From Euprymna scolopes (lineage: Eukaryota): a stretch of DNA of 64,000 nucleotides. Position numbers and translations under genes: made by a program. The DNA is taken from assembly GCA_053919585.1 (NCBI GenBank), contig CM132822.1. The stretch is one strand, 5' to 3'. Below, piece after piece: positions 51,718-62,626 of this stretch (its first letter is position 1; every line of letters starts with the position of its first letter). The notes below the pieces were generated by a model. The model was not told the DNA's origin. It was given only the letters and a program-made list of their open reading frames with translations, and searched no databases.

Positions 51718-52459
51718 AACTTTCCAATGTGGTATTAGATATTGTTTTTGGAGGGGTAGGAATCTTTTCTGATTATCATATTTAAAGTGAGTTTTTCATG
51801 TTTTTTTACTTGCCATTCCTTTCATCTTCTTTAAGCACGTTTTTTTTTATTTATTAATATTTGATCGTCTCTGAAGAGTAGCCAAATAAACTAAACACAA
51901 TATTTTTCAGTTATTGGGTTGCAAAACGTCTTTAAAAAGCTTAATAAGAAAATATTGGCATAAAAAATAAGCAAAAATTATGATTGTGGACTGATTATTT
52001 CCTTTGGTTATTGGGATACAACTAAGCAGTACATAGGGAGAAAGGGCAGGGGTGGTGTTATCAATCTACAATTCGTTTTTACAGACTGCAACTAAAGACT
52101 AAATCCAACTCTCCACCCCAACAAAATAATTATTCTAAAAATATAAACCTTAAGATTTACAAATTATTGACACTATAGGAACATGTGCAATGGTTTCATA
52201 ATAATCTCATTTGTATCACAGATAAAGAGTTTGGAGTTAGTCATTAATGTGACTTGACAGAGAAAGTGTTATATTCAAAATCTCAAAGTCCAGATGACGA
52301 AAATATTATCATTAATCCATAAAAGGAGAATTTTATTTTAGCCGTACATATGCAGATAAGAATATCGAGTTAGATTGGCTGAATTCACATTATTAGAAAG
52401 TAAGTCCATATTTAGAGATATCAACATCTTAGAAAGCAACACATCAAAAACCGTAAATG

Positions 52460-53397
52460 ACCAAGTTCTCTCTGATTCTCTCTCCTCTGATCTTGAATGC
52501 ATGGTACAATCGGGGAAGAGGTGGCTGGTTACTTTTAATGCATCTAAAAACCAAGCTTCTATCTTTACATCATCAACGCTCTGATCCCCATCTGGCATCA
52601 ATTGAAATGGATGGCTCTCGTCTTGGGGAGGCTCCATGTTTTCAAGCTTCTGGGTTTGACCTTTACTCCTCATCTGAAATGGAATACATACATCAAATCT
52701 GTTGGTAAGGTCACTGAAAAAATGGTGGGATCCTTTTACCGCTCCAGTAGATATCTTACTCCTGATGCAATTCTCTACCTATACCTATACCTACCTATAG
52801 GTACATCCAAGGATGGAGTACTGCTGCCACATCTGGGCAGGAGCTGCTAGAAGCAGCTTGTCCTGCCTTGACAGAGTTCAAAATAGACTAGCTAGTAGTT
52901 TAGTGGGGGATGCCCTTTTCTCTTCCCTGCAACCTCTTTCCCACAGAAGAGATGTTGCAAGACTGTCATTGTTTTATCGTTATTTCCATGGCAAGTGCTC
53001 GTTTGAGCTCCAATCTCTGCTTCCCCCTCGCCAATCTTTCATGAAAAACACTCATCTAGCTGAAACCACTGCCAATAATTTTCCCCACTCTTTATCTGTG
53101 CCTAAACCAAAACACAGATTCCATGAACAAAGAGTCTTTTTTAGAACTGCACACCTGTAGAACTCTCTTCTGTTTGCCTGTTTCCCAGCTGACTACAATT
53201 TGGTTGTCTTCAAGTCTAACATAAACAAATTCTTGATCAACCATCTCTTTAAGTAATCTAATTTATCAAATTTCCATTACTAATGATTACTACGATATTA
53301 TTCCATTGACTACTGTACACTTAATAACCCTTATCCTCGAATGGCTTCCGGACCTTGATAAGTGATGATCTCTTCCCCCCCCCCATGTAAAAAAAGT
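52460..53397 (+). mobile_element. 5'-truncated CR1/Zenon-like LINE
   Basis: WLVTFNASK, MEYCCHIWAGA, LQPLSHRRDVARLSLFYRYFHGKCS, 3' tail and A-run. Confidence 0.92.
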
Positions 53398-53578
53398 CAA
53401 AGTCAAGTCCACATGCCGATTCCAATAACACACTAATAAGGAGTATGTTAGTTGTCTCAGAGTGATGAACGCCATGAGGCAACTTGATCTTTTCGCTGAC
53501 TCATTGCATGGAAAGCATGCATGTGATTCTCTAAGTAAGATTTATGAATAGGTGACCGATCCTAATTGATATATGTAA

Positions 53579-53676
53579 GTTAGAGTCAGGGTTAGAGTTA
53601 GGGTTAGAGTTAGGGTTAGGGGATATGAGCAGGTTGGAGTTAAGGTTAGGGGATATGTGTAGGTTGGAGTTAGTTA
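53579..53676 (+). repeat. Short interstitial telomere-like (TTAGGG/TTAGAG) tract
   Basis: gttagagtcagggttagagttagggttagagttagggttagg. Confidence 0.7.
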
Positions 53677-53899
53677 CTAAGTTATTTAATGTCCATGTGT
53701 CTTGATGAAGGAAGTATTATATTAAAAGTCCCAAAATCAAGAAAAGAGTGTTATCATGCGTCCATAAGAGGAGAATATTATTATAGTTGTATATATGCAG
53801 ATAGTAAACATCGAGTTAGATTGGCTGAATTCATATAATTAGGCAGTAAGTCTATGTTCAGAGATATCAGCATTTTAGAAAGTCAAGTTAACATAATAA

Positions 53900-54166
53900 T
53901 CCCAATAGTCAGAAGCTAAAGGTTAGTATCGTTTGTACACCAATAAGGAGTATGTTGGGTGTGTAGAATAATAAGTGTTCATGAGGCAACTTGACTTTTT
54001 TGTTGGCTCATTTGTGTGGAAAGTGCGTTGTTAAGTAAGATTCATTAACTGTGGCTCATAAAGAGATTGTTTCGGGTTGACTAAACCAATCGAAATTGAG
54101 TATTTGATCCATTTTGTATGGATCATTTAAGCCAAGCAAATATTGAATGATTTAGAAATCACTTTT
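53900..54166 (-). repeat. Reverse-complement copy of 13703-13960 (segment adjoining the tRNA-SINE)
   Basis: aagtgatttctaaatcattcaatatttgcttggcttaaatg...aagtcaagttgcct is shared. Confidence 0.85.
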
Positions 54167-55544
54167 NNNNNNNNNNNNNNNNNNNNNNNNNNNNNNNNNN
54201 NNNNNNNNNNNNNNNNNNNNNNNNNNNNNNNNNNNNNNNNNNNNNNNNNNNNNNNNNNNNNNNNNNNNNNNNNNNNNNNNNNNNNNNNNNNNNNNNNNNN
54301 NNNNNNNNNNNNNNNNNNNNNNNNNNNNNNNNNNNNNNNNNNNNNNNNNNNNNNNNNNNNNNNNNNNNNNNNNNNNNNNNNNNNNNNNNNNNNNNNNNNN
54401 NNNNNNNNNNNNNNNNNNNNNNNNNNNNNNNNNNNNNNNNNNNNCTGCTGTTATTGTTGTAGTTATTGAGCATTATTCATGATAATAATTTTGTTGGCAT
54501 TCATTTCCCTAATATCTTTCTATTAAGAATTCTTTCTAGAAAGATATTGGATATGTATAGGAGAGACCACATGAAGATTGCCAACGTTCCTATGTGCAAC
54601 AAACTGGGTTCGAACTTGCCACACCCAGATTATCAATTTGTGTAATTAACCACTTAGTCAGCATCACCTCCTTGCAGTTGTTGTTCTTTCATTTTGTATG
54701 GACCAGATGATTATTGTTGGTATTCATTTCCCTGATATCTTTCTAATTAGATTTTTTTCTAGAAAGAAAGAAATTACTTACAGGAGGGACCATGTGAAGG
54801 TTTGCAACATCCTTAACTGAAATTTCACATCTCTGCTGTTGCAAGAATTACTGCAGCAAATTTTAATAAAACTGAAATAAACGTTACATATTTCGATTAA
54901 TCATGTTATTTAATTTATATTTGAAGGGAATATTCTGCCACACAAGAGCTACAAAACTTACCCTTCTATAAAATCGCAACCAATTCCAAATATCTCACTA
55001 CCTTCACCAATATTTACTGATTTGTTTGGGCGGAAAATTGAACAACAGCTGAAAAAGTAGACACCAAAGAGAATAAAATGTGCTAAGAGAATCAGACCTG
55101 CGTTAGCACCAAAATAATCCCAAGATCAAACAAATTCTGCAAAATTCAAACAATTTTTAACCAAAAAAATTGTTTGAATTTACTTTTCATGCCAGACAAA
55201 AAATGCAATAAAAAATGCAAAATGTTTTGACATTGTTTTTACTTCAATCGTTTGCAGTGTAACACCCGCAATAATGCTATCGATAGAATTTAATCAATTT
55301 CCAATGGAATTTTTTTTTTACTTTCATTCACTCTAAAGAAGATATATTGCCACTGAGACATATATGAATATTGTGATAGGGGCCAGATTTATAAGGGGAT
55401 CTAAATTGGGCCATGTTCATATTACTTTTAAATTTCTACATGTTGATACAGTTGCGGAAACAGAGCAGGAAAGCTGATTGGCTAACTAAAATTTCAATAG
55501 AAGATGAGTATATAAAAACGACAAACAACCACAGAATTTGTGCA

Positions 55545-55597
55545 TAAGCCTGAAGAATCCTAGAGTGGATGAAACACGGAATATTCAGTGTAGCTTA
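55545..55597 (+). ncRNA. Apparently intact type I hammerhead ribozyme (GUA site)
   Basis: TAAGC-CTGAAGA-ATCC-tagagt-GGAT-GAAA-CAC-ggaatattca-GTG-TA-GCTTA. All three stems pair. Confidence 0.88.
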
Positions 55598-55727
55598 ATC
55601 GCCATATACATTTTATAACTTACTAACTAGCTCTACCTACGTATGGAGCACTTTTGAAGTAAATACTTAAAGTTTATGCATAAATCTATACTTTCGTATA
55701 TTAATTTTATGTGAGTAAATTAAGTAG

Positions 55728-55775
<48 letters not shown>

Positions 55776-55779
<4 letters not shown>

Positions 55780-56021
55780 TATAATCACATTGACACACCG
55801 GTTCCCATCAGATCACCGAAGTTAAGCAACGTTGAGCCTGGTCATTACTAAAATGGGTGACCAATTTGGGAAGTCCAGGTGCTGTATGTAGGAGGACGTT
55901 GAACCCCTCTTTGCAAAAAGTTGCAAAAACCTAACGGGGATATACATGCAATTGGGGACCGCTTGTGAATTTCATACTCCATCGGAGGAAGCCGGTTAAA
56001 CCCTGAATAGGGTTGGTGCTG

Positions 56022-56025
<4 letters not shown>
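55776..56025 (+). mobile_element. 5S rRNA-derived SINE between (TA)n and (CA)n
   Basis: 55778-55888 is 5S-like (caccggttcccatcagatcaccgaagttaagcaacgttgagcctgg...atgggtgacc...gggaagtccaggtgctgta). Confidence 0.85.
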
Positions 56026-56077
<52 letters not shown>

Positions 56078-56138
56078 AAAATAATAAAAATAAATATATA
56101 TATTGTCTTTTCAACTGTTTATTAAATTTTTCTACCTA

Positions 56139-56175
56139 TGGATACTAGTTTCATGCTTTTGCAATCATCAGTGCA
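56139..56175 (-). ncRNA. Minimal Penelope-type hammerhead motif with palindromic stem III (ACTAGT)
   Basis: Minus strand tgca-CTGATGA-t-TGC-aaaa-GCA-t-GAAACTAGTA-tcca. One mismatch each in stems I and II. Confidence 0.6.
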
Positions 56176-57570
56176 GAGAGTGATAATTGCTAATGGTCTG
56201 GAGATTCAAATCCAGCTAATAAACACCTTTAACTCCATTTTCTAGGATGTTACCTCTAGGCAACCATCAACTGCCACAAGAATTAAGGAAAATTAACAAC
56301 TATAAATGCCAAAAACAGGCACAGTGTTAAGGCATTCAATAGTGTTCAAATGATTGGAAATCATGAACTTGCCCAGAGCCAACCAATGACCATTGTCTGG
56401 GAAATAAAGGCGGTTGGTTGGCTTTGTACAAGTTCATGATGCCATTGTAAATTAGAGAAATTCAGCAGAAATTAGAATGGATTAGAAATCAAAATTAATT
56501 ATTTTATTTTGTTTAAAATAACACTGTTATCCTTTAAATATAATAATTTAAAGTCAGTATTAATATTTAAAATTTTTATGCGCATACATAATTATCTTTT
56601 TATTTTAAGTTTTATTTTATTTATTCTCTGAATTCTGGTTAATTATATAGTATAAGGGAGATAACTTTATCATACGAATCTATATATTAATACGATAGTG
56701 TGTGTGTTATTTTGTGTGTCATGCCCACAGCCTTAATAAACTGTGATTCTGCAACACTTAAAAAATTATAATCATCAATCCTACACTTTTGCTTTTAATA
56801 ATGACATCGAATTTCTTTATAGAAAGATCTGTTTCATTCTGTCTAGACAATTTCCGGTCACAGTAATACGAGCTTTCATGTCCGCCCTCCCCCGCTTAAA
56901 ATCACTTTTTCTTTTTAAGCCAAGGATGAAGGTTCTCATTTTGGATTTGTCTTTTCTTACTATTAGATCCCTTTTGATTAGGGACAGACTGTTATATATT
57001 CGTTATCATCGAGGTTATCCTTGAGGGGGACCAAATTGAGCTTTCGTTACATTTGAATATGTTATATAGAGTTCTTCATTTAGGGGCACTTTTTACGTTT
57101 GGGTGTATACACTATATAACATCAAAGATTCCGTGTGATTGTCTCTAATATAAATGGTTGTGTGTTTGATTATCATAAAGGGAATCGTGTGTGTGACATG
57201 TAATTTCTGAACCTACCTCTGCTTCTTCAAAACGAACAATCTGGAAATTTCTCATCCTGGAGGGAGACTTGATACCTGTTTGACGAAGATTTATCACTCC
57301 AAGACGATGAAATGGTTTTATAGTTTTTTATTTCACTTTCCCCAGAGGTTCTGCAGAAGTGGAAGTGAAATCGCTTGTGCGGGCTCTTCTTCACACACGT
57401 CAGCGTTAGTCTCCCCCCTCCCCAGTTAAGAGGGGGGAGACCACGGAAAAACGTCCGTCTTCTTCAAAGCTCAAATCAAATCTTTCAGATCTAGCCAACC
57501 ACGTCACACATACGTAATTTGGTCAGCTGACCTTTGGTTCTGGTAAACGTGTCTACCTCCACGTTTACTC

Positions 57571-57611
<41 letters not shown>

Positions 57612-57722
57612 CCTCTCTCTCTCCCTCTCTCCTTCTCCATTCTCTTATAGAGACACAGAGAGAGAAAATAGAAAGAGTAAGAAAGCCAGAGAGAGGGGGG
57701 GGGGGAGAGATGCTCGTTAACA

Positions 57723-57740
57723 TTCCTCCACCCCTTTTTT
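57723..57740 (-). promoter_or_regulatory. Polypurine tract
   Basis: Minus strand AAAAAAGGGGTGGAGGAA directly abuts the 3' LTR TG. Confidence 0.9.
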
Positions 57741-58138
57741 ATCAAAATGTATGGCAAGCCATACATTTTTAATAACTAACTAACTAAAAAAAATAATTAT
57801 GTCCGAAGTACATCTTTATTTTTTCACTTTCCGGACTCACCCCTTTTCCAAGAAAGATCAGGCACCAGTACTCTTCTACTACACTATCAACCCTTCTGCT
57901 GCTTCTCGAAAGTCTCTCCTCGACATTAACTTGCTTCCAAGTTAGACAAAGATACAACTTTGCAGATATACATCTTGTCTAGGTGGTCGCATTGTTGGAT
58001 ATTTTCCACTGACTCTGCTCTTTATTTGGACCACTTGGCCAAACAAATGGAGACTCCATTTTCGATCACTTTTTCGAAATGGGGCCAGCATATCGCAATT
58101 ACGACCAGAACGTCGGATGCTCCATGTTGGTGGTAGCT

Positions 58139-58211
58139 TTATCGCATGGGGACTCGAACCCCAGACCCTCAGATTAAAAGTCTGATGCTCTACCAACCCA
58201 ACCATCCCACT
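58139..58211 (-). tRNA. tRNA-Lys(TTT)-like sequence (pseudo-tRNA: intact anticodon arm and T-arm, broken acceptor stem)
   Basis: GGTAGAGCA-TCAGA-CTTTTAA-TCTGA-GGGTC-TGGGG-TTCGAGT-CCCCA. Confidence 0.85.
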
Positions 58212-60978
58212 CGCATTCTCGACTTTCAGCATAGGCCTAAGTCCCAGTTTTTTTTCCTTTACTGTAATGCCCTGACGTCTTTCTCTGAGTGGTCCTATTA
58301 CTGGAGCTTTGTTCTATTCTATCTACTACTTTGGGACTTCACAAAGCTCTTCTACTAACTCCCTTGGTTGGTCTAAGCCAAGATACGCCTTCACACTGAT
58401 TCACTCGGAGCCTGTTTGAGTTCCTGGAACCCGACAAGATACGGAATCTTCACTCCCTAACTAATGCGCCAAAGCTTACTTGCGCATCGATTTCTAACTA
58501 AGTAGCTTTCCCTTTGTGATTTTTCCGCATTCCCAGCAAGTCCCAAGATTCCAACCCAGATATCCCTCACACATTCCTCTAAAAAAAATAAAAAAATAAT
58601 AAGGCTCTATCTTGTCCCTTACGTAATCTGCATCTTTCCCTTTCTTCTATCTCCCCGTGATTAGGCTTGGTACCGACTGTCCAGTCGCTCCGTACCCTGA
58701 GGAATTATCGCGACCTCGCACGCCAGACTTTTGTTGGACAAGACTTATTGCCGTTGCTTGGGCCTACGTGGCATCTTCCAACTCACTGGAACCACTAGTA
58801 TTGTTTTAACAGGGTACTCATTACTCTAAAATAGTATTTCCCCTGCCAATTTTTCTAATTTGTGACAATACCGTGGCTTATAAAAAAAATAAAACAACAG
58901 AAAAAACTGCTTTCTACAGCCTAATCGCCTTGTAATTCTCATGAAAAAAATGCAACTACGCGCTAAACGTCCCTAAAATATAACTAAACCAACCAAATCT
59001 ATTCCAAAATAATTTAATTTAATAATACCAATTAAATTCACCCAACATGGTTTTTTTTTTTTTTTTTTTTTTTTACACTTTTGGTACCTTTAATTCACAA
59101 TAGGGTAACATTTTATTTTCCTAAGTACTTGCATACATATTTCATTCATCTTCTCTTGAGCGATTCGTAACATAATGGCCACGTCAGCCATTGCACCCCC
59201 TCTGCCCCTTACGCCATGTCAGAGGGCATTTCATTTGCTCTCTGAAGTTGATTACAACTAGATCCGCTCACGCTGGACAGAATACATTCCGTTTACTGCT
59301 ATGTCAGAAAAAACTTTATTTTTTTTTTCCAAAGTCGGTAAGCGCAACCTGCCTTGAAGACACATAGCTTCACGGAAAACATTGGATTTCCACACATGAA
59401 GTACTCAAACTTGCTCCATGTTGATTCTACTCGAAATCAACAGAAATCACGATAAAAAAAATAAAATTCGAATCATTTCCTGAGAATAATGAAATTAATA
59501 ACTACCCATGTAATTCAACACCTCTCCAAAATTCTAACATGCTTGCCACAGAAATTAAATTCCATTCACGCCCCACTTTTTTCTTTCATTTCTTCATATA
59601 GTTTATTTAACCCTATATTTATCTCTTTTTTTTTTCTTACTTATGTGGTCAAAACGTCACTCATGTCGAATAGAACATTTATTCTACTTTTCGAAAATTA
59701 AAATTAATACCGACTGAACCTTTTACTCTTCTGAAACTTTTTTTTTAAATCATTTATTACACTGTTTAAATCTTATTTCTTTCTCTTTTTTCCAATTTTA
59801 TTATTACTATAATGATTATTAATTAATTAATTAACAACACGTTCTTTCTTTTATTAATCATTCTTTCAATAGACCCCACAAGCAAAGATTTCACCTCCCC
59901 ATTCTGCGAAAAAAAAATACATGTCAAAGAACAAGAAAATTCTGCCAATACCGTTTGACAACACATCAATTACATAAAAATAATAAATTAAAAAATACAA
60001 AAATATCCTATAAGCAATCACAAAGTCCCATCTCACTAACAAAAATCCAAACAACAAAATTTTGTCCACGTCAGCAACTAGGTCGGCTGCATAGTGCATC
60101 ATCTTTTACCATTCCACAGTATTCAAAATTAAAGAAAAATCACAGTCGTTTACAAAAAAATACCTAGACATTTACAATTAAAATACAGTCGTTTCTAAAA
60201 TAAAATAAAACGACTCACTTATAAAGTCTCAGACAACTCGATGGAACTAAAATTGTCCATGTCAGAAAAAAAAATTCCTAAGAAATAAAATCGTACAATT
60301 AGTGAAAAAAAGGAAAAAAAATCACATTTCAGAACCTATCCATTGTTTTTCATCAAAAGTACATATTGTTTTTCCTTAAAAGTTACGCTTAGTTCACAGT
60401 TTAAAAATGACACAAAATATTCATAACAACATATTTGTGATTGACATGTTTATCTTTTTGGTAAAGGCTCGTTACAGTCATATGTTCTATTTCTTTTTTT
60501 TTCTTTTTGGTTTTCTCACTGGCTGTTGTTAAAAATTTACAAAATAAGGCCATTCTTTGTTTATCCCTTCTAATTTTGACATTAAGTGATATTTTTCTTC
60601 GTTCATAACGAGCTAATTCCCAATAGGATAAACATTTTTTTTTAACTATTTTCTATATATAAAGTTTTACATCTGTGTGTCTGTATGTCTTCCTTTTCTT
60701 TCTTCGTGAAAAGGTTGTATGTGTGTATTGCTTTTCTTTTTTTTTTCTTAATTATTTTTCTAATTCGCCTAGTGTTGTAATGGACCCTACGTTGTGTGTG
60801 TGTTGATTTGTATTTTTTTTACTGTTCTTTCTTTTTCTTTTTTTTTCCATGCATTTTATTGTTTTTCTTGTCCTTTTTTTTTTCTTTTTTTTAGTCTATT
60901 TCTTTTTTCTTGACACTAAATCTCCATGCTTCCACGTTGTATTTTCTTAAACACAGGTTCGATTATCGCATCGGTGAT

Positions 60979-60999
60979 GCGACTGGTCGACGAGCACCA
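60979..60999 (-). promoter_or_regulatory. Primer-binding-site region
   Basis: TGGTGCTCGTCGACCAGTCGC starts 9 nt after the 5' LTR end. Confidence 0.7.
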
Positions 61000-61590
61000 A
61001 ATTGAATATGTTATATATTCGTTATCATCGAGGTTATCCTTGAGGGGGACCAAATTGAGCTTTCGTTACATTTGAATATGTTATATAGAGTTCTTCATTT
61101 AGGGGCACTTTTTACGTTTGGGTGTATACACTATATAACATCAAAGATTCCGTGTGATTGTCTCTAATATAAATGGTTGTGTGTTTGATTATCATAAAGG
61201 GAATCGTGTGTGTGACATGTAATTTCTGAACCTACCTCTGCTTCTTCAAAACGAACAATCTGGAAATTTCTCATCCTGGAGGGAGACTTGATACCTGTTT
61301 GACGAAGATTTATCACTCCAAGACGATGAAATGGTTTTATAGTTTTTTATTTCACTTTCCCCAGAGGTTCTGCAGAAGTGGAAGTGAAATCGCTTGTGCG
61401 GGCTCTTCTTCACACACGTCAGCGTTAGTCTCCCCCCTCCCCAGTTAAGAGGGGGAGAGACCACGGAAAAACGTCCGTCTTCTTCAAAGCTCAAATCAAA
61501 TCTCTCAGATCTAGCCAACCACGTCACACATACGTAATTTGGTCAGCTGACCTTTGGTTCTGGTAAACGTGTCTACCTCCACGTTTACTC

Positions 61591-61631
<41 letters not shown>

Positions 61632-62106
61632 TCTCTCTCTCCCTCTCTCCTTCTCCATTCTCTTATAGAGACACAGAGAGAGAAAATAGAAAGAGTAAGA
61701 AAGCCAGAGAGAAGGGGGGGGGAGAGATGCTCGTTAACAAGACTTCTCTTTGGACTACTGCACTGCCTGGAAAAAAAACAATTTTCATTATTTCAGCTGT
61801 TTTGTAAACTTTCCAATCGAATTTTTGAAAACTTTCCAATTGGATTATATGCATCGTCACGCTGGATTTATCTTGGAATACATTCTATCTAAAGAACTAT
61901 TTTGCATTTTGGATAAACTCTAGAGGAGTTTCATTCAAGCTGAAATATTATGCGCGGTGTTTGTTTTTATATTAGTTTTTTACATATCCAACATTTTTTC
62001 ACTTTTTTATTGGGCAATTTATAACTACAATAAATTGCGGTTTCACTTAATACCTTAACTAGCAAATTCCAGCATTTCTACAAATATAATTTGCTGATTT
62101 CTTTAT

Positions 62107-62165
62107 GTCCTCTGATGAAAAGAATAATAAGAATAGCATTCTTTGAAACTCCGCAGAATAAGGAC
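62107..62165 (+). ncRNA. Type I hammerhead ribozyme with one stem III mismatch
   Basis: GTCCT-CTGATGA-AAAGAAT-(12 nt)-ATTCTTT-GAAA-CTC-cgca-GAA-TA-AGGAC. Confidence 0.78.
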
Positions 62166-62409
62166 TTTGTAAATTGTTTTTTGGAGTATTCAGTCGAACA
62201 ATAAATTTTGATTGTAAAGTTCAACTTACAGTTTTAATTTTCTTTCTCGTATAAAAAGCTCTACTCTCTATTGCGTATTGAGCTTTTTTAATTCGATTGG
62301 GATTAAATTTTCGATATATAAATACTGTTATTTATATTAGTTTGAAGTTTACCATTGTGTATATCAGGTAAACACTACATTCCTTTGTTTTCATTCATAT
62401 GTGAATATT

Positions 62410-62495
62410 AATATTAATGTGAATAATTCAAATAAGAACTTGAAAACTGAAGAATAAATATGATATACTCACTCTTTATTAAAATAGTTAAAATG

Positions 62496-62538
<43 letters not shown>

Positions 62539-62626
62539 GTTCATTTTAACTATTTTATAAAGAGTGAGTATATTATATTTATTCTTCAGTTTTCAAGTTC
62601 TTATTTGAATTATTCACATTAATATT
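62410..62626. repeat. ~89-bp inverted repeat centred on (TA)n
   Basis: 62410-62498 versus 62539-62626, two differences seen. Confidence 0.9.

Larger units (their letters stand above)
56990..61739 (-). mobile_element. Young non-autonomous LTR retrotransposon (Gypsy-like ends, non-coding interior)
   Basis: LTRs 56990-57722 and 61009-61739 (TGTTA...TAACA) are nearly identical. 4-bp TSD AGAC (56986-56989, 61740-61743). PBS TGGTGCTC.. ending at 60999. PPT 57723-57740. No gag/pol ORF. Confidence 0.95.

Noticed and set aside
58139-58211. Functional tRNA-Lys gene
   Set aside because: The acceptor stem cannot pair and the D-stem has a mismatch. Kept only as a tRNA-like element.
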